A program made the translations under genes and the position numbers. Below the pieces are notes generated by a model. That model saw nothing but the letters and a program-made list of their open reading frames with translations, did not search any database and was not told the origin of the DNA. Source: Phoronis australis (Eukaryota; Animalia; Phoronida). Taken from it: a stretch of 64,000 nt of DNA. Below, in pieces: positions 24,613 through 35,808 of this stretch. The stretch spans positions 361,950 through 425,949 of the forward strand of contig NMRA01000075.1 of the NCBI GenBank assembly GCA_002633005.1. The letters are read 5' to 3'. The stretch's first letter is position 1; each line of letters starts with the position of its first letter.

Positions 24613-25180
24613 AGGAGAATGCCACCCGATTTAATTAGTCTTTTTTGCCGTCTTAATCGGTCTATATCCACATCGCCTCGCATACGGTCGACCTTACCTT
24701 GCCAAGAGGTGTCGCGTTACCCTGCGAGGAAGGTGAGAATCGACGCTAGCGACGTCAGTGGTTCATGTGCAGAGTGAATGCCGCTATGTTGCGGTGCATC
24801 GTTCCCGCTTGTCCGAACTAAGCAGCTGCGAGGAAAGCGGGTATATAGTTTTTTTACTTCCTCGAGAGTCCGAAATGCTTAGGAAGTGGCTCATGGTAGT
24901 GAAGAATGAAATGTACGCTGTAAATAGCAAGTATGAGGCCGTGAAACATCTCCGTGTCTGTGGCCTGCAGACGTCGACAGTACCTGACGAATGCCGGCTT
25001 ACCAAATAACTCCATACGTTCCGTTGTCTGAGCTTGTTCACGACGCCTCTCTAATATTTCTTCATCACTGTATTCCTGTTCGAATTGATAGCCTGTAAAA
25101 TTAACGATCCGCCTGCGAAGTCGGGACTGATGAGCTCTAGCTCGTCCTAAGTCGGTATTGCGAGTTGCCATGTTGAACGT
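24613..25180 (+). mobile_element. Internally deleted Kolobok-like DNA transposon: decayed THAP (+, from 24786) and convergent KolX/P2X7-C-terminus-like ORF start (-, from 25171)
   Basis: TTAA|AGGAGAATG left end; MLRCIVPACPN*...LPRESEMLRKWLMVVK...LRVCG; minus strand GYQFEQEYSDEEILERR; right end cut by the N at 25181. Confidence 0.65.
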
Positions 25181-25181
25181 N
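25181..25181. other. Ambiguous base, possibly an assembly join
   Basis: Single n; the element on its left does not continue on its right. Confidence 0.6.
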
Positions 25182-26463
25182 CTCTCGGTGGGGCGGTTCG
25201 GGAGAACTGACCGTTTGGTCAATGGGCAGCGCACCATAAGGCGCTGGGGGGAGGGCTATAGCCCCACTTTTTTTCAGTGCTACGCTGCATATGGTCTATA
25301 GGCGGTGTCTTTGCATTTCCTTGTCACAGTAGTATTGTGCAATGAATTTTAGTGGCTCTTCAAAACCGAATCGTTTGCTTGCCATTCCCGTGCATACTGC
25401 ACAGGCTGGGCACGTCATGACTCAGTTACGTACCCACGTTAAAAATAAGGTGTAGTCATGCATTAGACCGGCGTAGAATCCGCGGCCAGTGATTGACGAG
25501 AAATGAACTTGAAGTGCAGGCGTTGAAGTGTGTACATTTTTGGGACACACGTTCATTTTCCCCAGCCGCCCGGCAGAATCTGGACAAGTGGCCGTGTTTC
25601 AACAAGGAATTTTGATGAGCTCTATAGGCCAAGGACTTCGGGGACCATACCTTTCAAAAAAATCTTCAGGGAATGACCCTATTAAAATGAACTTTTCCCG
25701 AAACCGTTGGGGATCAAAAAACGATCTTTGGAGCCAGAACACGGGCATAGGTTCGAGCTAAGCCGCACGTCCCAAATGAATCGTAGCGGAGCTGACCAGC
25801 GACTAGCATTAGTTCATCGAATTGCACGTGCATGGATCAGACTTCCCGGGGACCGCCACGACACCGGCCACCGTGGCTTAGGGCTAACGCTACTGAATTT
25901 CTGCTTTTAAATCTGGATTTAAGCAAAATGACAAAGTCCACGCATACACACACGCAAGCGTATCCAAATACAATTAAATGTATTTTCATGTGAAACCATA
26001 CTCAATATTCTTTGAGCATTGACTTGGGTGAGTTCTTAGTTTTCTTGGAATCATACTAGGATATACCCGATCAAGTAGACTACTGCGTTTCAAGTCATAC
26101 ACTATAGGCACCTGACGTTTCAAATTGGAAGCTCGCGCCGTATGACGTCGTATGACGTAGCGATGCGAGCCTCATTTGCATATGTTAGTGACATCTGTTG
26201 GTTCAAAAAAGAGGCTCATGCCCGAGTACATGCCTGGGAAGAAGCATCTTTTGGAAGGGTAAACATGTCACGTTCAAAGCATCTCAGTGCCAGTAATATG
26301 CAGTCTTTGAGGACCAAAGTGGTGTCATTTTATAGCTAAAGAGTTAATCTTTCAAAAATAATGCTTGGCTTCCAGATAACTTGAACATTTACTTTTGAAA
26401 TCACGTTTGAAATCACGTTAAAATGCGCTAAAACAGTTGTCCCTTCCTGGTTATCTCTTCCTG

Positions 26464-26922
26464 GTATTACACATACCTATGAAGAAGCCAGTTATCTTTC
26501 CTTGTGTATCACACACACATTTTCGTAAACGCCCTTCTTAATATTAAAATATGGGAGAGCCTCAGTGCTGCCATGCAATGAATCTGTAATATCTGTAATA
26601 TACTTAACTCATATATTGTTTAGTAGTATTATCATTAAATGATGAAATGTGTGAATGAGTGTGCGAGTGTGTGAGTGAAAGTCCTTGCCCCTTTTCCTTG
26701 TTCACCCTTTCACCCTTTAAAAATTATCAATGTATATTATTGAAGAATAAAATTATGAAAAAAAAACTGTGGTGTGTATAAGCATTATGTGGTTCACATT
26801 TGCTTCTTCCCAAAACCTGCTTTCTGAAAACTAAGTTCAATCATTTGAGTATTACACATACCTATGAAGAAGCCAGTTATCTTTCCTTGTGTATCACACA
26901 CACATTTTCGTAAACGCCCTTC
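26464..26922. repeat. About 74-bp direct duplication (26464-26537/26849-26922) around a poly(A)-tailed insert
   Basis: gtattacacatacctatgaagaagccagttatctttccttgtgtatcacacacacattttcgtaaacgcccttc twice; aataaa...aaaaaaaaa at ~26746-26766 lies between them. Confidence 0.8.
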
Positions 26923-27854
26923 TTTTTCCACAAAGACAATTCTTTTGTAATGGGCTGTTACAGAACTTCTTTTGTCTTGCAATGCTCTGAGTGACTGTCG
27001 ACAGGGGTAGACACAGGCTTGGTACGTAACAGTCAATCAAAGCTGAATGCCTTCAGCAAATGGCTTCAACTCACCACCATAAATCTCTTTGGAGACTTTT
27101 ATTGTTTCGGGGTTCTTTTGTCTCTTTCTGAATAACCATAATTAAGTGCTGTAAAGGTTAGTTTAGATTTCTGTCTGCCCTCATTGACATATTCCAATTA
27201 TTCCATAGAGCAACCAGCACTCTGCCTGAGTGCTTGTCGCCCTATTGTGTAATGTGCCTGAGGTTAATCACATATCACAAAGAAAATGTTTAAATTTGCC
27301 ATATCGATAAAACAAAAGAACTGGTTATAAATTTCTGAGTAACCAAAAACTGTGGAGTGTATACTGCCCAGTCCTTCTACATTTGACACGCCATTACACT
27401 TGCATAGATATCAAACATCCCAGTTTTGATGTAGATGGTGGGTTTGGCCTCGCGTGGAGGTAGGGGACGGTGGAAATGTCTGGTTCATGATGAAAAAGTG
27501 TTTTCACGAGAAAGGAATTGTGTTGATGATAAAAAAATTATTGTGACAAGTCCTGTTTGGCTCTTGTAGGTGGAAGACTAGCTTAAACATTGCGCATCAG
27601 ATTTTCAAAAAACACAGGCCATAAACAGTTACGCCTTTTCTGGTTTAGCATTAGTATTAGTATTAATATCATCTTAAGGGACCTTGTTGTGACCTAGTAG
27701 TTGCTAACACAAAGGAACATGTTCTCCATGTTCATACCCTGAATTTGTATGATCATGACTATGTACACCATAATTGCTTTGGCGAATATTTGATGTGAAT
27801 ATATCAAACCTGACATATTGCAGACAGATTTTTTATCGCTTGAACATTTTCTAG

Positions 27855-28871
27855 GTGTGCTACAAATCACAACATAGATTTACGGGAAGGTATGGTCTCT
27901 ACAAGGGAGGTTGAGCTGCTGGAAAAAGACGTAATTATTCCGCTGTCGTCTAAGCAGAATGTGGAACCTTCCGAAACTGAGAATGATGATTTGGTGGCTG
28001 CGTTTGTTGCAGTTGATATACAAGATAAGAAACCTAAAAGTGCTACTAGTAAATCTCCATCTACCGAAGTTAAGGAGGAGAAAAAAATGTTGAACTCTTC
28101 TGGAGATCAGAAAAGTGAACAAACGAAAACTGATCCTTTGTTGGATGGCATCAAAAATGAGCCAGAGGGCAAAGATGCGATGCAAAGCTGTGGTGTTCAA
28201 GGTCTAGAAAAGTCCACTGAATTGTGTGTGGAAGAGACTCATGCAAAAGGCAGGGAAGATACACCGACGATCCAACCATTAGAACGGACAGAATATGAAG
28301 TTTTAAATGGGGAATGGCTGACAGACAGTTCTCGGGCAGTTCAGCCTGAGAGAGAGTTAGACCGAGTTTTGATAACTTTGAGCGAATACATTACCAGGTT
28401 CACTCAAGATTTCTATGTACAGCACAAACACTGTGTGTTGCCAAATAAAGACAGTTTTTCAAAGAGTTCTCAAGTAAATGAGACATCAGGTTTTTCGAAA
28501 GCTCCCCCTGTTGGACAAAAGGATGAAGAGGAATCCTGTACGGTCTCAAAGAAAGAGAAACTGCCAGATTTTGTCCAGCTTCAGCAAGATGCGAAACTGC
28601 AACAGTTGCGGGTGCGAGAGTTTTTTACTGGTTCGTTTATATATCCTTCAAAGGAAGATGTCAGTGATGACACAAAAGAAGTGAGTGGCAGCTATGTGAA
28701 GGAGGGGCCTGGAAAAGAAGGGGAGGAGCTTGGAAAGGAGGAGGGACATGAACACGAAGTCGAGGAGCATGCAAATGAGAATGAGAAAGTTGCTCACGTG
28801 CTGCCCCCTATTGATTCCCATTCGCAAAATGCAATAAGGAGGAAAATTCTTTTGGAAAGGCTTTACAAAAG
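27855..28871 (+). CDS. RPAP2: RPAP2 (putative RNA Pol II CTD phosphatase), large central exon (phase 2-2)
   Basis: ttctag| ... |gtttgt; acidic low-complexity linker ending in the RPAP2 C-terminal motif LPPIDSHSQNAIRRKILLERLYK. Confidence 0.85.
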
Positions 28872-29869
28872 GTTTGTAATTTTTATGAAATAAAGTTACA
28901 TCTTTGTTTTAGACGTTTGATAATAGTTTTGTGTGTGTGTTGAGTGAAAGATAGTGTGGTGCTGTGCTCCTTTAACAAACCATGTCAATATCCATCGAAG
29001 CTGGTTTAGGGGAGGGTACCCATGCTCAACGTTTTGGTTGCCGCCAAGCCGCCAAATGTGACCTAGCGAAAATCCCAGGTCGTCAAACAAAATCTGTGGT
29101 CATCAAAACTGATGTCGTAAGTCGTCAGCCAAAAAAACGTGCCGTAGCCCATTCTAAAAAATTGCTTAAATATACTTCTTCCATTTCTCCCCATAGATAT
29201 TAAATCTCTAACTCAATTCCTCCTGCCAATAAAGAATGCAGATAATTGGCATACACTGGAGGAGCGTGTTTTACCGATCTTGCCCGATTTTTCTGAACAA
29301 TTCTGACTTTCGCCTCTAGTCTTTACTTCCTGTTGTAATTTATGCACGTTTTTGATGTGTACTGACTGCTGAGCGTGGCAAATGCACTGATTTCACGAAA
29401 TAAACTGAACAATTGTGAACCAAAGGTATTGAATCTAGGTAAAACGTTATTAATTTAAAGCTTGGAAGAGATCACAAATTTTGAGACTAATTTCAGGGGA
29501 ATTATTGTGTGACTTTGATTCTCGTGGCAACTTGGGATTTTTTTACAGGTCACCTTACGCAATCTGAAGTCGCACTGGTGAGCTTCAGGTCGCAAAATCG
29601 AGCACTGGTACCACTAATTGAACACTGTGTGAAAATATTGGTGTTAACTTCAAGTCTAATACCAACAAGGTTTTGATAGCAATACTTAATGCAAAAACAG
29701 TGTGGAAAAGACGGCTTGCATTCCTCGAAGCATGGTGCAATCCAGATTAGTTCTAGGGCTATGTTTAAGCAAAAAAGCTGTCACTGACTCCTTGCAAAAC
29801 TGTCACCGACTCCTTGCAAAACTGTGACCGTGTAATACCGCATTACTTTATTTTTGTGCCACTTTCTAG

Positions 29870-29950
29870 CTTGCCTGACCTTCTTCCACGTCTCGGTTTA
29901 ACACTACAAGATGTCAGCACTGACCTACGGCTGCTGGTTTCTACTTTGAG
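29870..29950 (+). CDS. RPAP2: RPAP2 exon
   Basis: ttctag| LPDLLPRLGLTLQDVSTDLRLLVSTL |gtaaca; phase-compatible. Confidence 0.85.
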
Positions 29951-30408
29951 GTAACATATATTCTATTTTTACACTGCAATATATATGTGCGTGGTTAGGC
30001 CCATGCGCCTGTATGTTAAACTGCATATTTGGGGGCTTACTCCTAAGCAGAAACACTTGTGGAGTGAGTAAAACCAAATAATAAATATTTAAATATATAA
30101 ACTTTACTTATTGGTTACAAACTGGTAGATTTTGATTGTATTCAATTTAATACTGCGTATGGAAAATGCCAAGAAGGAACAAAAACGTCAAGGACAACCA
30201 GCTTCAAGGAGTGTACATGTGTTTATACAGCTGCTGCCATCTATGTGTGAAGCTGAGGCACATTTACCTGTAGGGAAACACTTTAGCAAACGGCTGCATA
30301 GATAGCACATAATGCCATGTTTTTCAAATATGCCCCTGGGCGCATTGTCAAAGCCAATACAGTGTTAATGTCTCCCATGTTCACTTGCTTAACTTTGTAT
30401 TTATGCAG

Positions 30409-30477
30409 CACAACCAACCAAAACATTGTTCTCAAGCCCAGGCAGTGGACACTGATGGCCGCTCTGTTTGTTATACT
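30409..30477 (+). CDS. RPAP2: RPAP2 exon
   Basis: atgcag| TTNQNIVLKPRQWTLMAALFVI |gtaagt; matches the RPAP2 N-I-x-x-K-P-x-x-W-T-L motif. Confidence 0.85.
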
Positions 30478-31183
30478 GTAAGTAATGTTGTGCACTAGAT
30501 TAAGACATCCTGTCAGTGTACAGTAAAATGTCAATGAATTACTTCACAGAAAAGTGATGGTTTTCCTAAACTTATGACGCTGTAATTTAGAAACGTATAA
30601 GATATACTTTTTCAGCCACTTTATCAGACATTATTTTCTCGCAACCAAAGGTATGGAATCAATTTGTTGTCACCACTATGCTAGCTACCCTTCATAATCG
30701 TAATCACCAACTTCAGCAGTTAAGTTTAGTCTCTCGAGTTTCGTTAATCTTTGTTGTCCTTAGTCAGCGTAAGCCACAGGTGCCATCCAGTGCACAACAA
30801 TAGGTTGTCCACGTTTACTACCACGGTCTACAAGAAAATAAATTGCATTTAATGTATTTTCTATTAACCTCTTTACGGATAGCAAATATCAATGCCAGCC
30901 GTGCCTCTTGATATTGGATAGATGGTACCCGTTGACTCATGTCTATGATGAACTGAACTTTTGGATGCTTGGAGTAGTACTAGTTGATTGTATATTTATG
31001 CCAGACAGCATCACTGCGTAGGATGACTGCTATCTCACAATCCTTTGTGTATATGACATCTCCTGCCACCCGAGAAAAGATTGCGAAACGGTACTTAATG
31101 TGTCTAATTATAGGATGTCATAAATTGATATTTTTTGCCTAAATTGATATTTAGTCGTGAAATTTCGTTTTGTGTCTTTGTAG

Positions 31184-31337
31184 ACTTGGGAGAAAGAATG
31201 TGACCATTCAGCAAGCTTTACAATCTCCAGACACTAAAGAGTTCTTGTCTTCGATCTTCAACCCTGTGGGTTATAGTGTGGAGAGCGTGTTCAGAGAAGT
31301 CGACATCATACTCACCTTTCAACACCTGGTGGATTGA
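31184..31337 (+). CDS. RPAP2: RPAP2 terminal coding exon
   Basis: ttgtag| LGRKNVTIQQALQSPDTKEFLSSIFNPVGYSVESVFREVDIILTFQHLVD* (TGA 31335-31337). Confidence 0.8.
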
Positions 31338-31428
31338 CTTGAAACTAATTGCCATTTTCAAATATTGCATTGACTCAGTGAAATTGACTTCATCACAATA
31401 TGGTAATAGGGCATTTGGAAGGCAATAT

Positions 31429-31640
31429 TCATGGCTTCGAACAGATGTCATGGCTTCCAGCAGATGTCATGGGTTCCGATAGATGTCATGGCTGTCAGCA
31501 GATGTCATGAGTTCCAGCAGATGTCACAGGCTTCCAACAGATGCCATGACTTCCAGCAGATGTCATGGCTTCCAGTAGATGTCATGGCTTCCAACAGGTG
31601 TCATGCTTCCAACAGATGTCATAGTTTCCAACAGATGTCT
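31429..31640. repeat. 19-bp minisatellite TCATGGCTTCCARCAGATG, about 11 copies
   Basis: Directly visible head-to-tail copies with no spacers. Confidence 0.95.
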
Positions 31641-33618
31641 TGCTACTGATATAAAGATTTATGGCAGAGGGATTTTGCAATGTTTATACAAACTTCGATC
31701 ATTGTGCCCTCGAATTACTACTGTTGTGTGAGGAATATTAAAATTATTCTTTCGGAAAATCTGTCCCAATATATCTGTTATCCAAAGAAGTTGCATTTCA
31801 TGTGTGTCAATTCAGCCTTCCAAGATGGAATTTGAAATTGGTCCAAAGTTTCGTGCTCTCACAGTGCAGAATAGTTAAATGTCCAATGTTAGCTATTGTG
31901 CAAGCAATAATACTTTTCAAAAAGTGACACTGTTCTTTTGACACAGAACTAATTGTAAAGGCCCGTCCAGTTCCCTCTTAAAAAAAAACAAAAAATTGCA
32001 AGTCATGCTCCTTGTAGTGGCGTCTGGTTAATACATGTAAATTTGCTGCCAGTTGGCGTTACCACTGATGGTTTCTAGGTTTTTGCTGGTAGCGGATATA
32101 CCGGTAGGATACCATCGCGGTAAGGAAATTCATGAGACTGGTTTTATAAGAGTAAAAGGCTTAAATCGGTTTTCGTTTTATCTATCTATACAGGGTTTTA
32201 ATTTTCTCTTTAATTTTAAACACTGGGAAACTTCAGAAAAGCTGGATTTTTTTACCTCTGACTCTGAGCATTTCCGTGATGAAATCGTTGAGCAACATAT
32301 TTTGTAAGTCACATGTTTTATTTCAAACACTAAATACACGACACCTAATAGTTAGGAGAATAATACATAACTCCAGTATTAAGGATAACTTCAAACCACG
32401 CTCGGTAAGGGAAACTGATACTAAGGATTTTCCGTTGTTTGTGCTGCCACCGTGTGGGCCAAAGGCACGGAGGTTATAACGTACGAAACAGACTTTGAAC
32501 AAAGCGTTGGTACTGTAGCAGAACTGTGTTCAACTTATTAATCGTAGAATTATACGGTACATGGAGTTCTTATGAATAGTCGATTTTGTTTCACGTCGAA
32601 GACCAACTACGGTAAAATCTCGTCAATTTCGGTTCAAATGATGGCAAGAATTGTCCTTTTCATTTTCACAGGCCACTAACGCTGTTGCCAATGTCCACAT
32701 TTTTGTGATGTCGGCCTTTTGTAGTGTATTTCGTTGTCATGAACTTTTTGCGCCCTTTTCTCAAAGTATACTGGCATTGGGCAGACATTTCATTTCACCG
32801 TTACATGCAAACGTCACCTGATGTCTGATTGAACCAGGTGTTCGACAGCAATGTTGTTTGAAATCTAGCCATGTATCGGTTTCATCGGAAAAGAAATTCT
32901 AAGACCACTATTGGAAGATATTAATCCAGTTCTTTTGCTTCCTGCTTAAATTTTCTCAGAATGGTTTGAAAGTTCTTTGAAAATATTTGCGAACTTTTGT
33001 GGTTCTCCATTCTACGTAGCTGTCTCATCAGATACTACATTTATGCTTGAAATAATGACTAAGAAACTATTTTCATATCTGAACTACGGGTAAAATAATA
33101 CCAAAAACACAATTTTGACGAAATTTTGGAAAGTCAGAACCTAACCTTTGGTAACTGCAATGCCTAATGAACGCCAACGCGCGGTCAACTTGTGAAGCGG
33201 CTCTATTTAAAAATAAAACAGACCAGTGTAGGTGATCACACATGTTGTATAATTTAACTGGCAGGAGACAGGTTGGTCCGCTACCATGTTCAGTTGTCAT
33301 TCTGCACGTGCAAGCAGCAGCTTCATAAACCAGGAAACATGGAGTCCCGCTCAAATTGCTGACGAATTTCTGGTTTTATCAAAAAGTGACTCGAACAAAG
33401 CTTGTCACTACGTTATTTTAGTTCTGACCACTTAGTACTGCATAAAATTGCATGATGGCTATCAGAAAGAAACTCCCCTATTGCGTGAAAATACAAAGCG
33501 AGACGGAGAGCATCTACCAACGTGTTTCCATGAGTCACAAGGGGACGCAAAAGGCAGAACAGGGAGTGGTGTTTCGGTCCCAGGGTTTCCTGACCGATCC
33601 CCGGGATTTCTGTTTTAA

Positions 33619-34950
33619 AGGCGAAGGCAACCTTTTTCATGTCACTTTTAGCAAAAATAAGGTTCGATGATTATCCCAGACACATTTTTCACTTAATTAT
33701 AGCTTTTCATAATTTGATTAATTTCTCGTCGTCTACTCCGGAAGTGACGTTTTGGGAGGCAAGAGTTTCGCGCCATTTTCTTTTCATTATAGTCTGACTG
33801 TGAGAGCTGTCGAGTCAGTCATTGTTCTACCTCGGTTGTGATAAGTCCGGTCGTCGTTTGCTTTTGTTTACAAGTCAGTCAACATGCCACGCTGTTGCTA
33901 CGTGCCGGGATGTACTCGTTATCGTCTCACACGCGCTTTGGGTACCTTGCGTCGCTTTCCGAAGGATGACACACATCGCCGTACTTGACTTGCTCCTTCA
34001 TGTGAAGAAGGCAACGCTACCCGTCCAGGCAACGTACAAAGCAGTGAAGGGTTACCGAGTGTGTGGCAAGCATTTTCTGCCGTCAGATTACGACAGAGAT
34101 ATGTATGCTGAATTGAGGAAGGTCCCTGCGAAACAACGCCTGAAGAAGGGTACAATACCGTCGCTGTTGATTCCCGGCAGTTCCCCTTCGACAACCCCGA
34201 GAAGTGCGTTTTAATTTGAAGCGAGAAGCCTCGCGATCGAGCTGTGGCCACTATATACAGTGACTGGAGGCACTTCATCTACTGTCACCCGTGCCTCCGA
34301 ACGTACCTCATTGCGTGCAATTCCGGGAACTAGCAATGATTCGCCCTGTGCTGTTGTCTCTAGCCCAGAGCCTGTAAGCAGCCCTGCAGCGATGTTGAGT
34401 AGTGGGAGTGAATACAGGCCCAGTTCGACACCCAGTGAAAAGGACAGTTCGTCGTCCAATGAACAGATCGGTGAGCCTAAGTTTGATAAGTTTATTGCGG
34501 ACTTGCATTGGAGGTCGGGTATTTAGAAGGTGCCACGTGTGTGGCGAGGGAGTCACACGGCGGGATGTAAGCAGTTTGGTTGCTCAGATCACCCTACAGT
34601 GGGAGTGTGTCGCGAGACACTCGAGCAAGTAGGACACTTCTAGCTCTGTACGTGAGACATCCCAGTACGCAGCAACAGCGTGGCATGTTGACTGACTCGT
34701 AAGCAAAAGCAAACGTCGAGCGAAGTTATCATTACCGAGGTAGAACAATGACTGACTGGACTGTTCTCACAGTCGGACTATACGAAAAGAAATTTGCGCG
34801 AAATTCTTGCCTCCCAAAACGTCACTTCCGGAGTAGACGACGAGTAATTAATTAAATTACGAAAAGCAGTGAATAAGTGAAAAATATGTCTGGGATAATC
34901 AACGAACCTTATTTTTGCTAAAATGACATGAAAAAAGGTTGCCTTCGCCT
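33619..34950 (+). mobile_element. Kolobok-like non-autonomous transposon with ~300-bp inverted ends, TTAA TSD and decayed THAP-transposase 5' part
   Basis: TTAA|AGGCGAAGGCAACC ... GGTTGCCTTCGCCT|TTAA; ATG 33884 MPRCCYVPGC...RFPKDDTHRRT*...YRVCGKHFLPSDYDRDMYAEL...RLKKGTIPSL; later FRRCHVC...ITLQWECVARH. Confidence 0.85.
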
Positions 34951-34954
34951 TTAA

Positions 34955-35370
34955 AGACAGCGTCCAGCGGCTAAAACACCTTTTTGACACCAGAAATGCA
35001 TGTATTGTTTATAAAAATATTGTTTTTGCTTCTTACATACCACGGAAAGTAACTAATTGCGACGCAAATTACACCGCTCATAATTCGTTGCCCCTTCGAG
35101 CGCCTCAGAAAAAAAATCTCAACCAATCAGCGTAAAGTGGTTCATATGACATCATCGTGGCCACGAATTCACTGGGGCCACACTGCGTAACAGCTGAGTG
35201 CCATTTCTTGTACGTTCTGCACTTGTCGATCTCTGAGCGGGTTAAAATGCCTCTTTGCGTGGTGTGCGGGTGTAGCAATGTCAGCGGCAATGGGATACAT
35301 TTGCACAACTTCCCCACCGATCACGCCGTGTGCCGTGCGTGGAATAGATCCGTATCCACGACAAGGCCTG
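34955..35370 (+). mobile_element. Left end and THAP start of another TTAA-type element abutting the previous one
   Basis: TTAA|AGACAGC...; ATG 35247 MPLCVVCGCSNVSGNGIHLHNFPTDHAVCRAWNRSV (C-x-x-x-x-C...FP...W); truncated. Confidence 0.65.
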
Positions 35371-35659
35371 GCGACAAACTTTCCCGATCGGCAAGATCTA
35401 ATTTAGGCTTGGTGCAAAGCTGTATACAAAATCTACAGCTTCGCGTCGATGTGGGTAAAAAGGACTAAATAAAATCTGACGCAGAAATAGTGTCATTAAA
35501 AGCTGCACCGCTTTTTGAGTAAACCAAACTATTTACCGGTGTTGGAAGAATTCTAGGCCTACCGCTCATCAGCTACTGCTAAAATTGAAGTGCGCTCTTG
35601 GGAGTCGGCGTTTGGCGATTACGTCACCTGACCTGAACAGTTCCTTTTCAACCCGCCTC

Positions 35660-35808
35660 CCGTTCAGTAACGCTAGGACCTAGCTTAAAAGCAAGACTTT
35701 GCGAGATTACGCGAGATATTACCGTGTATTTTAGATGAGAGCACGTGACCTTGACTAGCTTTTGGCTAGGTCCTAGCGTAGGTCCTAGCATCTACTGAAC
35801 GCACGCCC
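35660..35808. mobile_element. MITE of the same family as 51481-51632, opposite orientation
   Basis: gttcagtaacgctaggacc ... ggtcctagcatctactgaac; internal sequence is the reverse complement of the 51.5-kb copy. Confidence 0.75.

Noticed and set aside
20396-27855. FN3-RPAP2 fusion gene
   Set aside because: FN3 exons end in phase 1 and the RPAP2 exon begins in phase 2; no bridging exon was found and an N lies between them.
31429-31640. CRISPR-like array
   Set aside because: Units are head-to-tail with no unique spacers, there are no cas genes and the context is eukaryotic; it is a minisatellite.
32300-33000. Possible Crypton tyrosine-recombinase remnant on the minus strand (LLSNTWFN...KGRKKF...TK)
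   Set aside because: Fragmentary similarity only, with no catalytic H-x-x-R or Y seen; an HMM search would be needed.
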